Virus record (IMG/VR): IMGVR_UViG_3300045988_062174 | Reading direction: 5' to 3' (one strand) | DNA: 56,139 nucleotides | DNA from: a virus | Shown here: piece by piece, positions 27,561 to 36,159 of the stretch | Numbering within the stretch: the first letter of the stretch is position 1 | Layout of the letters: every line of letters starts with the position of its first letter | Program-made: the position numbers and the translations under genes | Notes under the pieces: generated by a model | Database searches by the model: none | The model's input: only the letters and a program-made list of their open reading frames with translations | What the model was told of the DNA's origin: nothing

Positions 27561-29117
27561 ATGGCAATAGAACGGAATACATACACAGATATTTTGTTTG
27601 ACGCTTTAATGGCTGCCGGTTGCACGATATATGGTGCGTGTGCGGCAATGGGGAACATTTACGCAGAATCCAAAATGAATCCACGTAATCTGGAAAACCT
27701 TTGTGAGAGATTACTTGGGTACAAATATACGGACGATACCTACACGGAAGCGGTAGACTCCGGAAAGATAACGAGAGCGTTGTTCCTGCATCCGTTGGGA
27801 GATTCCAAGCAGTACGGTTACGGGTTCTGTCAGTGGACATCTGCCGGAAGAAAAGCCGGCCTTTACGATCTGGTCAAGTCCAGAGGAGTGTCCATCGGAG
27901 ATGCGAAGACGCAGACAGAGTACATGCTGAGCGAATTGAAGACGAGCTATAAGAGTGTCTGGAAGGTATTGCAGACCGCAACCTCAGTGCAGGAAGCGTC
28001 CGATATCTTCTTAGTCAAGTTCGAGGCTCCGGCGAATGTAGGTTCGGCAGTGAAGAAAACAAGGGCTTCTTACGGGGAGCAGTATTTAAAGATTTACCAG
28101 AATCAGAAGAAGGAGGAAAACAAAGTGAGCAAAATTGAAAATGCAGTAGCAAGAGCAGAGGCAATCGCCCTGGACGATTCACACGGTTACGACCAGGTAG
28201 ACCGTTGGGGCAAACCGAATTACGATTGTTCCGGGCTGGTAATCAGATGTTTGGAAGAGGCCGGAATCCCGGCAAAGTCAAGCGGAGCAACCTATACAGG
28301 CAACATGCCGGAGGTTCTGCCAAAAATCGGATTCAAGGATGTTGTAAAATCCGTGGATCTGGCAACCGGTAGCGGAATGATCCGTGGAGATGTCCTGCTC
28401 GGAAATGGACACACAGCATTCTACTGCGGAAATGGTAAACTGGTGCACGCAAGTATCAACGAGAAAGGAACGGTCACAGGAGGAAAGTCTGGAGATCAGA
28501 CCGGTAGAGAAATCTGCATCCGCAGCTATTACAATAAGCCGTGGATTCATGTGTACCGTTACACCGGAGTGACAGCATCTGCATCCGGAACGGTTAATGT
28601 GAGAAATTATCTCCAGAAAGGCGATTCCGGGGACGCAGTAAAAGAAATGCAGAAAATGCTGATCGGTTGCGGATTCTCCTGCGGAAGTTCCGGAGTAGAC
28701 GGTTCTTTCGGCGGAGACACAGAGAAAGCTCTGCTTGCGTTCCAGGCATTTTACGGTTTGGAGCAGGACGGCAAGTACGGACCGGTATCTAAGAGTAAGC
28801 TGGTTTCTGCTTACAACGGAAAGACAGCAGCCAGTGTTCCGGAAAAGAAGAACACTCCGTCTTACACTGCTGGACATGAGTACACTTTGCAGGTAGAACT
28901 GAAAGTTCGTACAGGTCCAGGAACAAACTACAGCGCAAAGAAACATTCGCAGTTGACGGCTGACGGCCAGAAACACGATAAGGACAATGATGGCTGCCTG
29001 GATGCAGGAACGGTCGTAACGTGCCAGGAAGTTCGGAATGTCGGAAACGATATCTGGATGAAAGCACCGAGCGGTTGGATGGCTGCTTATTACGATGGCA
29101 AGGTATACATCAAATAA
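27561..29117 (+). CDS. Multidomain endolysin (lysozyme-like N-terminal domain + NlpC/P60-type peptidase + PG-binding domain + SH3-like domain)
   Basis: Motifs seen: GNIYAESKMNPRNLEN...YGYGFCQWT; YDCSGLVIRCLEEAGIP...GHTAFYCGNGKLVHAS; GDSGDAVKEMQKML...DGSFGGDTEKALLAFQ; C-terminal LKVRTGPGTNYS. RBS GAAGGAG precedes the ATG at 27561. Confidence 0.85.
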   Translation: MAIERNTYTDILFDALMAAGCTIYGACAAMGNIYAESKMNPRNLENLCERLLGYKYTDDTYTEAVDSGKITRALFLHPLGDSKQYGYGFCQWTSAGRKAGLYDLVKSRGVSIGDAKTQTEYMLSELKTSYKSVWKVLQTATSVQEASDIFLVKFEAPANVGSAVKKTRASYGEQYLKIYQNQKKEENKVSKIENAVARAEAIALDDSHGYDQVDRWGKPNYDCSGLVIRCLEEAGIPAKSSGATYTGNMPEVLPKIGFKDVVKSVDLATGSGMIRGDVLLGNGHTAFYCGNGKLVHASINEKGTVTGGKSGDQTGREICIRSYYNKPWIHVYRYTGVTASASGTVNVRNYLQKGDSGDAVKEMQKMLIGCGFSCGSSGVDGSFGGDTEKALLAFQAFYGLEQDGKYGPVSKSKLVSAYNGKTAASVPEKKNTPSYTAGHEYTLQVELKVRTGPGTNYSAKKHSQLTADGQKHDKDNDGCLDAGTVVTCQEVRNVGNDIWMKAPSGWMAAYYDGKVYIK

Positions 29118-29187
29118 TGCCTTTAAGGCAAGAAACTAAGAAAATTAAGCACACCTCTTTTGGTCAAAAAGGAAAATATGTCACATT

Positions 29188-29217
29188 GCCCCGGTGTTCT
29201 GCCGGGGCTTCTTTTTT
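29188..29217 (+). terminator. Rho-independent terminator of the late/lysis operon
   Basis: GCCCCGG-tgttctg-CCGGGGC followed by TTCTTTTTT. Confidence 0.8.
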
Positions 29218-29424
29218 ATTGCGGAGCAAGTCCGTAGAATAAATCAATATACAAAATTCACAAAAAATCCCCTTCAAATTTGACGAAATGTGCCTGAGTA
29301 ACGATAGACGTTTTTAGATACTAACTTATGCCTAAGAGCTAAAAGCCGGTATAGAAGCGTGTACGATGTTATAGCCATATATGCTGAAAATGCGGTTCTG
29401 CAAAGTTCAATCTGAGTTCTGAAG

Positions 29425-29433
29425 TTATCCACA
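29425..29433 (+). promoter_or_regulatory. Perfect DnaA-box consensus TTATCCACA (single copy)
   Basis: Read directly in the lysis/early intergenic region. Confidence 0.3.
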
Positions 29434-29458
29434 GGAAGAATGTTGATAATGTGAATAA

Positions 29459-29472
29459 GTCGAAAAATCGAA
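29459..29472. promoter_or_regulatory. Operator-like site (imperfect): GTCGAAAAATCGAA
   Basis: Matches TTCGA-N4-TCGAA except for the first base. Confidence 0.35.
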
Positions 29473-29536
29473 GCGAAAAAACATTTCCTATATATAAAAC
29501 CTTGTAAGATTTCTTACATGATTTCTACACCATAAT

Positions 29537-29590
29537 TAGAGATAGAGTAAGAGATAGAGATAAAGATAGATAAAGAGATAAAAAAGAATA
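29537..29590. repeat. GATA/AGAGATA-rich low-complexity tract
   Basis: agagatagagtaagagatagagataaagatagataaagagataaaaaagaata. AGAGATAGAG occurs twice and there is no C over more than 50 nt. Confidence 0.8.
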
Positions 29591-29666
29591 GCACTTTGCG
29601 TTGCAAAGATGCTACACACACTAATTCGACAGCTCGAAAAATAATTGAAAAATAGAAGTAAAACAC

Positions 29667-29695
29667 TTGACACGTTCGAGTTATCGAAGTATAAT
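29667..29695 (+). promoter_or_regulatory. Consensus sigma-70-type early promoter P1 (TTGACA-17 bp-TATAAT)
   Basis: -35 TTGACA at 29667-72 and -10 TATAAT at 29690-95. The palindrome TTCGAGTTATCGAA (29675-88) lies in the spacer. Confidence 0.75.
29675..29688. promoter_or_regulatory. Operator-like palindrome TTCGA-GTTA-TCGAA within P1
   Basis: Perfect 5-bp inverted arms between -35 and -10. Confidence 0.6.
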
Positions 29696-29838
29696 AAAGT
29701 TACAAAATAACAAAACAAATACACGATACAAAGTAATGCAGGCGGCAAGGTTGATGGAATAGTACATATGCTTGTCAGACGGTTCCAACCCCGTAGGAAT
29801 GCAGAGGACAGAACAAATGAGAAAGGAGGAATTGCCCG

Positions 29839-30003
29839 TTGGGAAAAAGAAAACGCAGGATTGAAGAAAAAGAAGAAGAGCTGCTTTCAGAGCAGTTGAA
29901 GAAGACCAAAATTGAAATTTATGAATGCTGGACACATATCGTAATTTCCATAGTAACAATGCTGATAGCAGTTGTTACGGCAGTTTTGACCTGGTTCAAG
30001 TAA
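29839..30003 (+). CDS. 54-aa tail-anchored membrane protein (TTG start)
   Basis: AAAGGAGG lies 8 nt upstream of the TTG. The product reads GKRKRRIEEKEEELLSEQLKKTKIEIYECWTHIVISIVTMLIAVVTAVLTWFK. It is the first ORF after P1. Confidence 0.4.
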   Translation: MGKRKRRIEEKEEELLSEQLKKTKIEIYECWTHIVISIVTMLIAVVTAVLTWFK

Positions 30004-30084
30004 TGTTCTGAAAAACAGCTCGGTAGCCGGGGAGACAAGTTCTCCTCGTGCTACCAAGTTTATCACAGAGGAGGCAGAAAGTAA

Positions 30085-30249
30085 ATGAAGAAAAGCAGAA
30101 GAATGTTTTCACTGGCTATGCTGGTGTGTTTGATTGTCGGAGTTTCAACCGGAATCAGAGAATGTATCGGAGCCGCATGTGCGCTGGCATTCGTAAATGC
30201 AACACTCGGACTGGAAGATTTAGAGAAGAAAATGGAGGATAAGAAATAA
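30085..30249 (+). CDS. 54-aa protein with a signal-peptide / TM-like N-terminus
   Basis: GAGGAGG RBS. The product reads MKKSRRMFSLAMLVCLIVGVSTGIRECIGAACALAFVNATLGLEDLEKKMEDKK. Preferred over the overlapping track ORF 30048..30242. Confidence 0.4.
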   Translation: MKKSRRMFSLAMLVCLIVGVSTGIRECIGAACALAFVNATLGLEDLEKKMEDKK

Positions 30250-30668
30250 TGGATGCAAAGAATCAGCAGGACAGAGCAAAAATGGTAGAAGAAGCGGTTG
30301 GTCGTATGTGCCGCCTGGGAATGATGCCGCAGGTAATCACAAAATTCAGAAAGCAGGGAACGGTCCTTAAATCTGAGACGGCAGGTATTCTGTACGATTT
30401 GAACGATGAGGAGAAGAAAGCTGTTGCCGACTGGGAAGAAGAAAGTGGCGGTATTGTATACGCTGCAATATTGAGCAATATGGTGTTTGGAAGATGCCTG
30501 GCGTTGTTGTATGTTAGTGCAGAGGAAGAAGAGTGGGAACTGGATAGAGAAGACCTGGACGGGAGGATTTCACTTGCGTATGTGGCGAACCTGGATGCAC
30601 CGGATTGTTCCGAACTGGGAAGTATCGGAATTGCACCTGCAAACGGTGGATTGGTAAGAACAGAGTAG
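30249..30668 (+). CDS. Hypothetical early protein (139 aa)
   Basis: GGAGGA RBS and TAATG coupling. Confidence 0.55.
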   Translation: MDAKNQQDRAKMVEEAVGRMCRLGMMPQVITKFRKQGTVLKSETAGILYDLNDEEKKAVADWEEESGGIVYAAILSNMVFGRCLALLYVSAEEEEWELDREDLDGRISLAYVANLDAPDCSELGSIGIAPANGGLVRTE

Positions 30669-30679
30669 GAGGTGGCGTG

Positions 30680-30946
30680 ATGCTGGAGTATAACGAGCAG
30701 ACGGAAAATCTGATGGAAATAGCGATGATGCTGGAACAGCTCAAGGGAGAGAGTGAGTATCTGTTTGAGGTACTGACAGACATTGACAGCATAACCTGGA
30801 AACAGAAATTTGTGGACTGGGCGAATGAGTTCACAGAAACCTACGAGCCGAACAAGGATGTGTGGCCGGGAAATTACCTGGAAGTGATTGAGGGATTCGC
30901 CAGAGAGAAAATCTTGGAGTTTGCCGGAGTGGAGGACAAGGAATAA
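30680..30946 (+). CDS. Hypothetical early protein (88 aa, acidic)
   Basis: AGGAGG RBS before the ATG at 30680. Confidence 0.5.
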   Translation: MLEYNEQTENLMEIAMMLEQLKGESEYLFEVLTDIDSITWKQKFVDWANEFTETYEPNKDVWPGNYLEVIEGFAREKILEFAGVEDKE

Positions 30947-31158
30947 TGAATTTGAGAAGAGCGGGCAAAGGAATTGTCAGAAAAGGTAAGCGGCCGAGCG
31001 TATACAGAATCGGCTTCAATGATGGCGATGAAACAGAGCTGACCGCAAATGGCATAAATGAACTGGAGGAGTTATGGCGGTCCTTGTGTCCGGAATTTGA
31101 ATGCGAACCGGACAGCGTAAACTATGTAGAGAGAGTAGGATATGAGGAGGAAGACTGA
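30946..31158 (+). CDS. Hypothetical early protein (70 aa)
   Basis: Coupled start, GGAGGA RBS. Confidence 0.5.
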   Translation: MNLRRAGKGIVRKGKRPSVYRIGFNDGDETELTANGINELEELWRSLCPEFECEPDSVNYVERVGYEEED

Positions 31159-31574
31159 TGGGAAAAGAGTATGAGGAAATCAAAGCTGAGATAAGCGTAC
31201 GAATCAGCACAGAGGATATTGATGATATTGTTACAACGGCACTGGAGGGCGGTATTTGCTACTGGTGCAGGCGAGTAGAAGTCAAAGGAAAGTATCTCGG
31301 AGAATTTGCATCGGAGCAGATCAGCAGAGGAGGAGTCCTGGTATTGCATGATTCGGTGGATGGCAAGAAGAGAGAACTGAACAAGGAAAAGTTGCTCAGC
31401 GGAGTAAAACAGTATCTGGAGGATGAAGACAAGCCGTACAATATCCTGGTGGATGCGGAAGACTCTGTAGGATGCAGCAAAGGAGTCTATGAATTGGATT
31501 GTTGCATGGTAGATGCGACAGTGGCAGACATGATTATCCAGTATGCGATATTCGATGATATTATTTACGGATAG
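31158..31574 (+). CDS. Hypothetical early protein (138 aa)
   Basis: AGGAGGA RBS. The motif TTALEGGICYWC recurs, as I recall, in mobile-element proteins of unknown function. Confidence 0.55.
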   Translation: MGKEYEEIKAEISVRISTEDIDDIVTTALEGGICYWCRRVEVKGKYLGEFASEQISRGGVLVLHDSVDGKKRELNKEKLLSGVKQYLEDEDKPYNILVDAEDSVGCSKGVYELDCCMVDATVADMIIQYAIFDDIIYG

Positions 31575-31586
31575 GAGGACGCCGGG

Positions 31587-31907
31587 ATGGAGGAAAAGAA
31601 AATTGTAGTGTATGTCCTGCATGGGTTCTGGGAGAACGAATTTACAAATGGGTGTGCAGTGGTGGATGTGTCGATTGACCTGGAGACGGTCATGAAGAAA
31701 CTGGATGAAATCGTTGAGAATAAGGCACGAGAGTATGTGAAGGTGCAGGAGGATAAAGCCGAGGAAGAACGGGGATTCCGGTATTTTGAAATATGGGATG
31801 AGAACGGGCAGAGTGCTAAATTCTATATCGTAGAGCAGTATCTGGAATTATCGCAGAGTATGATGGAGGCGATTGCTGAATCATTAGCGAAAGGAGCAGG
31901 AAAATGA
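31587..31907 (+). CDS. Hypothetical early protein (106 aa)
   Basis: TAGGAGGA RBS. Confidence 0.55.
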   Translation: MEEKKIVVYVLHGFWENEFTNGCAVVDVSIDLETVMKKLDEIVENKAREYVKVQEDKAEEERGFRYFEIWDENGQSAKFYIVEQYLELSQSMMEAIAESLAKGAGK

Positions 31908-32431
31908 GAAAAATATATCAGTGTGAGCATACAGTACCGCCGGTTTGGTGGTTTACCTTCGCAGACAGAAATGCGTTGGGAGAGGAAATTGTAGTAGAGT
32001 TCCGAAAGAACGAAAACACGCATGGAAAGCATTCACTTCCGGCAATGTGGAAGAGAAAGGGATTCGTAGATAAAGAACCGGAAACGTGGTGGGGCGTTCA
32101 GACCTATGTAACGGACCGGCAGGGCAGATGTTCCGGAAAGTACAATCCGACAACCAAGGATGGGAAACTGAATTTTGAGTGGCTGTTGGAGGCAACCGAG
32201 GAAAATCGACAGAAGATAATTGATGAGATTTACCGCAGGGCAAACGCTATCTGGCACAGGGAAGATTGGTATCTGGAAGACCTGGAAGAAGCAATCCGGA
32301 GTACAGGCCTGGAAGTAACCCAGGAAAGAGTAGACAAGCTGTTGAAGGAGTGTCACCGGATATTTGATGATAAATCCGGAAGAAATGAGATGCTGGCCCA
32401 GAAAGCAAGCAAGCTGTTTGAGGAGGAGTAG
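31904..32431 (+). CDS. Hypothetical early protein (175 aa)
   Basis: ATGA coupling. Confidence 0.55.
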   Translation: MRKIYQCEHTVPPVWWFTFADRNALGEEIVVEFRKNENTHGKHSLPAMWKRKGFVDKEPETWWGVQTYVTDRQGRCSGKYNPTTKDGKLNFEWLLEATEENRQKIIDEIYRRANAIWHREDWYLEDLEEAIRSTGLEVTQERVDKLLKECHRIFDDKSGRNEMLAQKASKLFEEE

Positions 32432-32434
32432 GAA

Positions 32435-32695
32435 ATGTTTGGAAGACTGATTCTTGAAACCTATGTACAGGACAGATGCCGGGACGTCAGATTTAAGGAT
32501 GAACACTTGACCTGGTTCGAGATTAAAAAGAACGATGCGAAGCGGATTGTGAAGAGAATGGGGTGGGAGAGCCTGGCAGATTTTCTGAACAATTACACCT
32601 GGGATGATACGGAGATTCTGTATCAGATAGCTGATAACTGTGGAATGATAGTTGCTGATTGGATTGAAAGAGAGGTAGAGGATGGAAGAAATTAG
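32435..32695 (+). CDS. Hypothetical early protein (86 aa)
   Basis: GAGGAGGAG RBS. Confidence 0.5.
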   Translation: MFGRLILETYVQDRCRDVRFKDEHLTWFEIKKNDAKRIVKRMGWESLADFLNNYTWDDTEILYQIADNCGMIVADWIEREVEDGRN

Positions 32696-32903
32696 AGGAA
32701 CTGACTGCAACGAGCTGATAAAAAAGGTTCTGGAAGTTGAGGAGTTGCGACCAGTGGACCTGGCAAAGAAAATCGGGGTGAGCAGACAGTATGCGAACCA
32801 GATTATTTCCAGAAGCAAATGCGGTATTCGCTGTGATACGTTGGAGAAAATCGTAAGTGCGTTGGGATATGAAATCGCCCTGGTAAAAATAATTGAAAAA
32901 TAG
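32682..32903 (+). CDS. Small XRE/Cro-type HTH protein (73 aa), last gene of the first early operon
   Basis: The HTH reads LRPVDLAKKIGVSRQYANQIISRSK. Its last 6 codons and stop lie inside repeat copy 2. Confidence 0.65.
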   Translation: MEEIRGTDCNELIKKVLEVEELRPVDLAKKIGVSRQYANQIISRSKCGIRCDTLEKIVSALGYEIALVKIIEK

Positions 32904-32980
32904 AAGTAAAACACTTGACACGTTCGAGTTATCGAAGTATAATAAAGTTACAAAATAACAAAACAAATACACGATACAAA
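32885..32980 (+). repeat. 96-bp direct repeat copy 2 (promoter/operator module)
   Basis: Identical by eye to 29637-29732. Confidence 0.95.
32915..32943 (+). promoter_or_regulatory. Consensus early promoter P2 (TTGACA-17 bp-TATAAT), duplicate of P1
   Basis: -35 at 32915-20, operator TTCGAGTTATCGAA at 32923-36, -10 at 32938-43. Confidence 0.75.
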
Positions 32981-32994
32981 CGGAGGTAGTCAAG

Positions 32995-33279
32995 ATGAAC
33001 GCATTAGTAATATACAGAAGCCTGTTAAGTGAAAGAGATAAAAATGAATTTGGTTATCCGGAATGGGATGCAGCACAGAAGATGCTGCGGGTGTTCATTG
33101 AAAAAGCCCTGGAAGCTGGAGAAGAAAGCATTGCTGATGAAATCGTAGATGAGCTGTATTCTTTGAGTGATTGTGGATGCACGCTGGAAGATGAGGCAGT
33201 GAAAGTAGATTTGGAGATGCTTGAAAAGTATGGATTTGGTAGCCGAGCAGACAAAGTAAGAGAGCTTTGTTGGAAGTAG
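32995..33279 (+). CDS. Hypothetical early protein (94 aa, acidic)
   Basis: CGGAGG RBS. First ORF after P2. Confidence 0.55.
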   Translation: MNALVIYRSLLSERDKNEFGYPEWDAAQKMLRVFIEKALEAGEESIADEIVDELYSLSDCGCTLEDEAVKVDLEMLEKYGFGSRADKVRELCWK

Positions 33280-33302
33280 GCTTATTTTTTTTACCTGCAA
33301 GG

Positions 33303-33316
33303 TTCGCAAAATCGAA
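33303..33316. promoter_or_regulatory. Operator-like site TTCGCAAAATCGAA followed by gTAATAAT
   Basis: It has the same operator-then--10 arrangement as P1/P2, with one arm mismatch. Confidence 0.4.
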
Positions 33317-33341
33317 GTAATAATTCAAAGGAGCGAAGAAT

Positions 33342-33596
33342 ATGGCAAAGAGATCAAGAGCAAACAGAACTGAAAAGGCTACATACCAGAACATCCGGAA
33401 TGAGCACAAATACATAGACGTTGTTCATCATGGAGATGGTCATTATTACATAATCCAGTACATAAAGCATGAGCTTCCAGAAAGAACGGTTGTCAATTAT
33501 ATGGGAACCAGATGCGGACACAAGCAGAAGTTCAGAATTGGAAAAGGGACGCTGCTGAGCATCCTGGAAGATTACAAGAAAGTTGAGGAGGCGTAG
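33342..33596 (+). CDS. Hypothetical early protein (84 aa, basic)
   Basis: AAAGGAG RBS. Confidence 0.5.
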   Translation: MAKRSRANRTEKATYQNIRNEHKYIDVVHHGDGHYYIIQYIKHELPERTVVNYMGTRCGHKQKFRIGKGTLLSILEDYKKVEEA

Positions 33597-33601
33597 AAGG
33601 T

Positions 33602-34027
33602 ATGACAAAACAGGAATTTCAAAAGAGAATTGGGGCTGAGATAAGCCAGAAAGATTATTCCATCGTAGAGCATGTGTATACATGGCATCCGTCCATCAGC
33701 GAGGTAGAGGGTAAGGAACAGATAGCAGAGTTGTATAAGTCCTTTGGAATGCCAATCATCAAGAATATGATGGAGGCTGCGAACTATGCAGAGACGCTTG
33801 ACCGGGCAATGGCACAGGCACAGAGACAGGTGGAGGAGCTGAGAAAGCGAATCATCAGAGTTGCGAAAGGAGACCTGGTAGTGGAACAGTGCATTACAGA
33901 GGCTAAGAAATTATTTGAGACGGTCAACGATCCGCATGAGTGGGATGTGGCAGTTTCTTATCTGAAAAAAAGATATGGAGCAGATGCAGTAGACGAAGCC
34001 ATTAAAATTGAGCATCTGGAAATGTAG
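33602..34027 (+). CDS. Hypothetical early protein (141 aa)
   Basis: GAGGAGG RBS. Confidence 0.55.
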   Translation: MTKQEFQKRIGAEISQKDYSIVEHVYTWHPSISEVEGKEQIAELYKSFGMPIIKNMMEAANYAETLDRAMAQAQRQVEELRKRIIRVAKGDLVVEQCITEAKKLFETVNDPHEWDVAVSYLKKRYGADAVDEAIKIEHLEM

Positions 34028-34042
34028 GAGAGGAGTGAGAGT

Positions 34043-34761
<719 letters not shown>

Positions 34762-34764
34762 TGT

Positions 34765-34941
34765 ATGCAGGATATGAAAGTGGCACTGTTCACGATTGAG
34801 GATTTGAAAAAGAATCATCCGGATTATTACAGACGGTTAAACCCGAAATGCCAGGTTTGCCAGAATATTTTAAGCAGCAGTGAATGCGATATGTGCGAGG
34901 ATTTTGATATGTTCGCCAGAGTAAAGGAGGAAATGAAGTGA
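34765..34941 (+). CDS. 58-aa Cys-rich protein
   Basis: My own translation gives MQDMKVALFTIEDLKKNHPDYYRRLNPKCQVCQNILSSSECDMCEDFDMFARVKEEMK. Confidence 0.4.
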   Translation: MQDMKVALFTIEDLKKNHPDYYRRLNPKCQVCQNILSSSECDMCEDFDMFARVKEEMK

Positions 34942-35183
34942 GACAGGCAGAGTTTGCGGAACTGAGCAGGGAAGTAATGCCGGTACTGGATAAGCTGACG
35001 GAGATTGCAGGCCAGCATGGAACGGCAGAAAAGCTGGTAAGCATTACATTGAGTGCAGAAGGTTATATTCATTTTACGGTACATGACAGTGGAATGTGTC
35101 TGAGCAGATTAAAAAGAGAAGATGCACCGGAGTTGGAAATCAGAAAACAGTTATCCCAGGAAATGGGAAGAGAGGAGAACTGA
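34938..35183 (+). CDS. Hypothetical early protein (81 aa)
   Basis: GTGA coupling, AAGGAGG RBS. Confidence 0.5.
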   Translation: MRQAEFAELSREVMPVLDKLTEIAGQHGTAEKLVSITLSAEGYIHFTVHDSGMCLSRLKREDAPELEIRKQLSQEMGREEN

Positions 35184-35184
35184 T

Positions 35185-35514
35185 ATGGCAAGTTTGAATG
35201 TTAAGACAGAGTATTCAGAGTATAAGGACTGTAAGTTAAGAGTCGGTAAGTATGTGGAAGACAATAGCGTTGCTGTTGAAATTTATAACAGATGGGATGG
35301 ACCTATTGCGAGAGTAACCACCTGCCTGTGCGACCATTCGTTGGCAGAAGATGAGGCGTATGTTGACACCAATAATTGCCCTTGGGCGGTAGCTCTTCTG
35401 GAAGAAAACGGATTTGCGGAGAGAACCGGGCGTACTCGGAGAAGCGGTTACTGCGAATATCCGGCAATGAAATTTGACAGAAGCAAGATGGCAGAGTTTG
35501 AGGAGGAAAGTTAA
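35185..35514 (+). CDS. DUF4313-like protein (109 aa)
   Basis: The pattern YVEDNSVAVEIYN...GPIARVTTCL...DTNNCPWAVALLEENGFAERTG...SGYCEYPAMKF resembles DUF4313 of conjugative elements. Confidence 0.5.
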   Translation: MASLNVKTEYSEYKDCKLRVGKYVEDNSVAVEIYNRWDGPIARVTTCLCDHSLAEDEAYVDTNNCPWAVALLEENGFAERTGRTRRSGYCEYPAMKFDRSKMAEFEEES

Positions 35515-35515
35515 G

Positions 35516-35953
35516 ATGGAGAGCTATAGAGAGTTAAGAGACAGACAGCAGAAAGAGTTCAATGAGCTGCCGTTGGGGTTTGCGTTCTCAGATAAGCAGT
35601 TTGATGAAATGATGGGAAAATGGGGACTTGACCCGGAGAAAGACCTGGATAAGATTTATCGGATTCCGGGCGGTGGATTCATCCAGAAGAAAGATCACAA
35701 GCATTTCCATGAGGTACTGGACCGGCACAACGCTGAGATGGAGGCGGCAAAGGCGGCCGATGAAGATGGAACAGGATTTCTTTACCAGATGTTCAAGTAC
35801 GAACTGGATAATCACGAGTACGGATACACCGGAGATCTTGAGGATACGCTGGATTGCTTAGGATTGACTTGGGAAGAACTGAAAGCGTCACCGGTAATGC
35901 TGAAAGCTCTGGATAAGGCTTCGACAGAAATCAGAGAAAGAGAGGGATGCTAA
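35516..35953 (+). CDS. Hypothetical early protein (145 aa)
   Basis: AGGAGGAAAG RBS before the ATG at 35516. Confidence 0.55.
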   Translation: MESYRELRDRQQKEFNELPLGFAFSDKQFDEMMGKWGLDPEKDLDKIYRIPGGGFIQKKDHKHFHEVLDRHNAEMEAAKAADEDGTGFLYQMFKYELDNHEYGYTGDLEDTLDCLGLTWEELKASPVMLKALDKASTEIREREGC

Positions 35954-35955
35954 GT

Positions 35956-36159
35956 ATGGATGAGAATAAACGCATAGTAATATGCAGACGCTGTAAAAAG
36001 CCGGAATACTGGGGAGAAATGAGATGGCTTTCCGGATTTTGCGTATGCAGAGATTGCTACAAAGCGCAATGGGAAAGCGAAAATCATAAGCCGTATACCT
36101 GGGATGACCTGGATGGAAAAAGACCAACGATGGAAGAATTTGAAAAGGAGAATGAGTAA
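35956..36159 (+). CDS. Zinc-finger protein (67 aa; CRRC...CVCRDC)
   Basis: Cys pairs. The start could alternatively be 35947. Confidence 0.5.
   Translation: MDENKRIVICRRCKKPEYWGEMRWLSGFCVCRDCYKAQWESENHKPYTWDDLDGKRPTMEEFEKENE

Larger units (their letters stand above)
29637..29732 (+). repeat. 96-bp direct repeat copy 1 (promoter/operator module)
   Basis: Identical by eye to 32885-32980. Confidence 0.95.

Noticed and set aside
30048-30242. Track ORF of 64 aa (MLPSLSQRRQKVNEE...)
   Set aside because: It has no RBS and a basic, low-complexity product. The alternative frame at 30085..30249 has a GAGGAGG RBS, a hydrophobic N-terminus and TAATG coupling to the next gene.
29537-32980. CRISPR-like array (repeated 96-bp units or GATA tract)
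   Set aside because: There are only two copies of the 96-bp unit, 3.25 kb apart, each containing a promoter. The GATA tract is low-complexity sequence with no spacer-repeat periodicity, and there are no cas genes.
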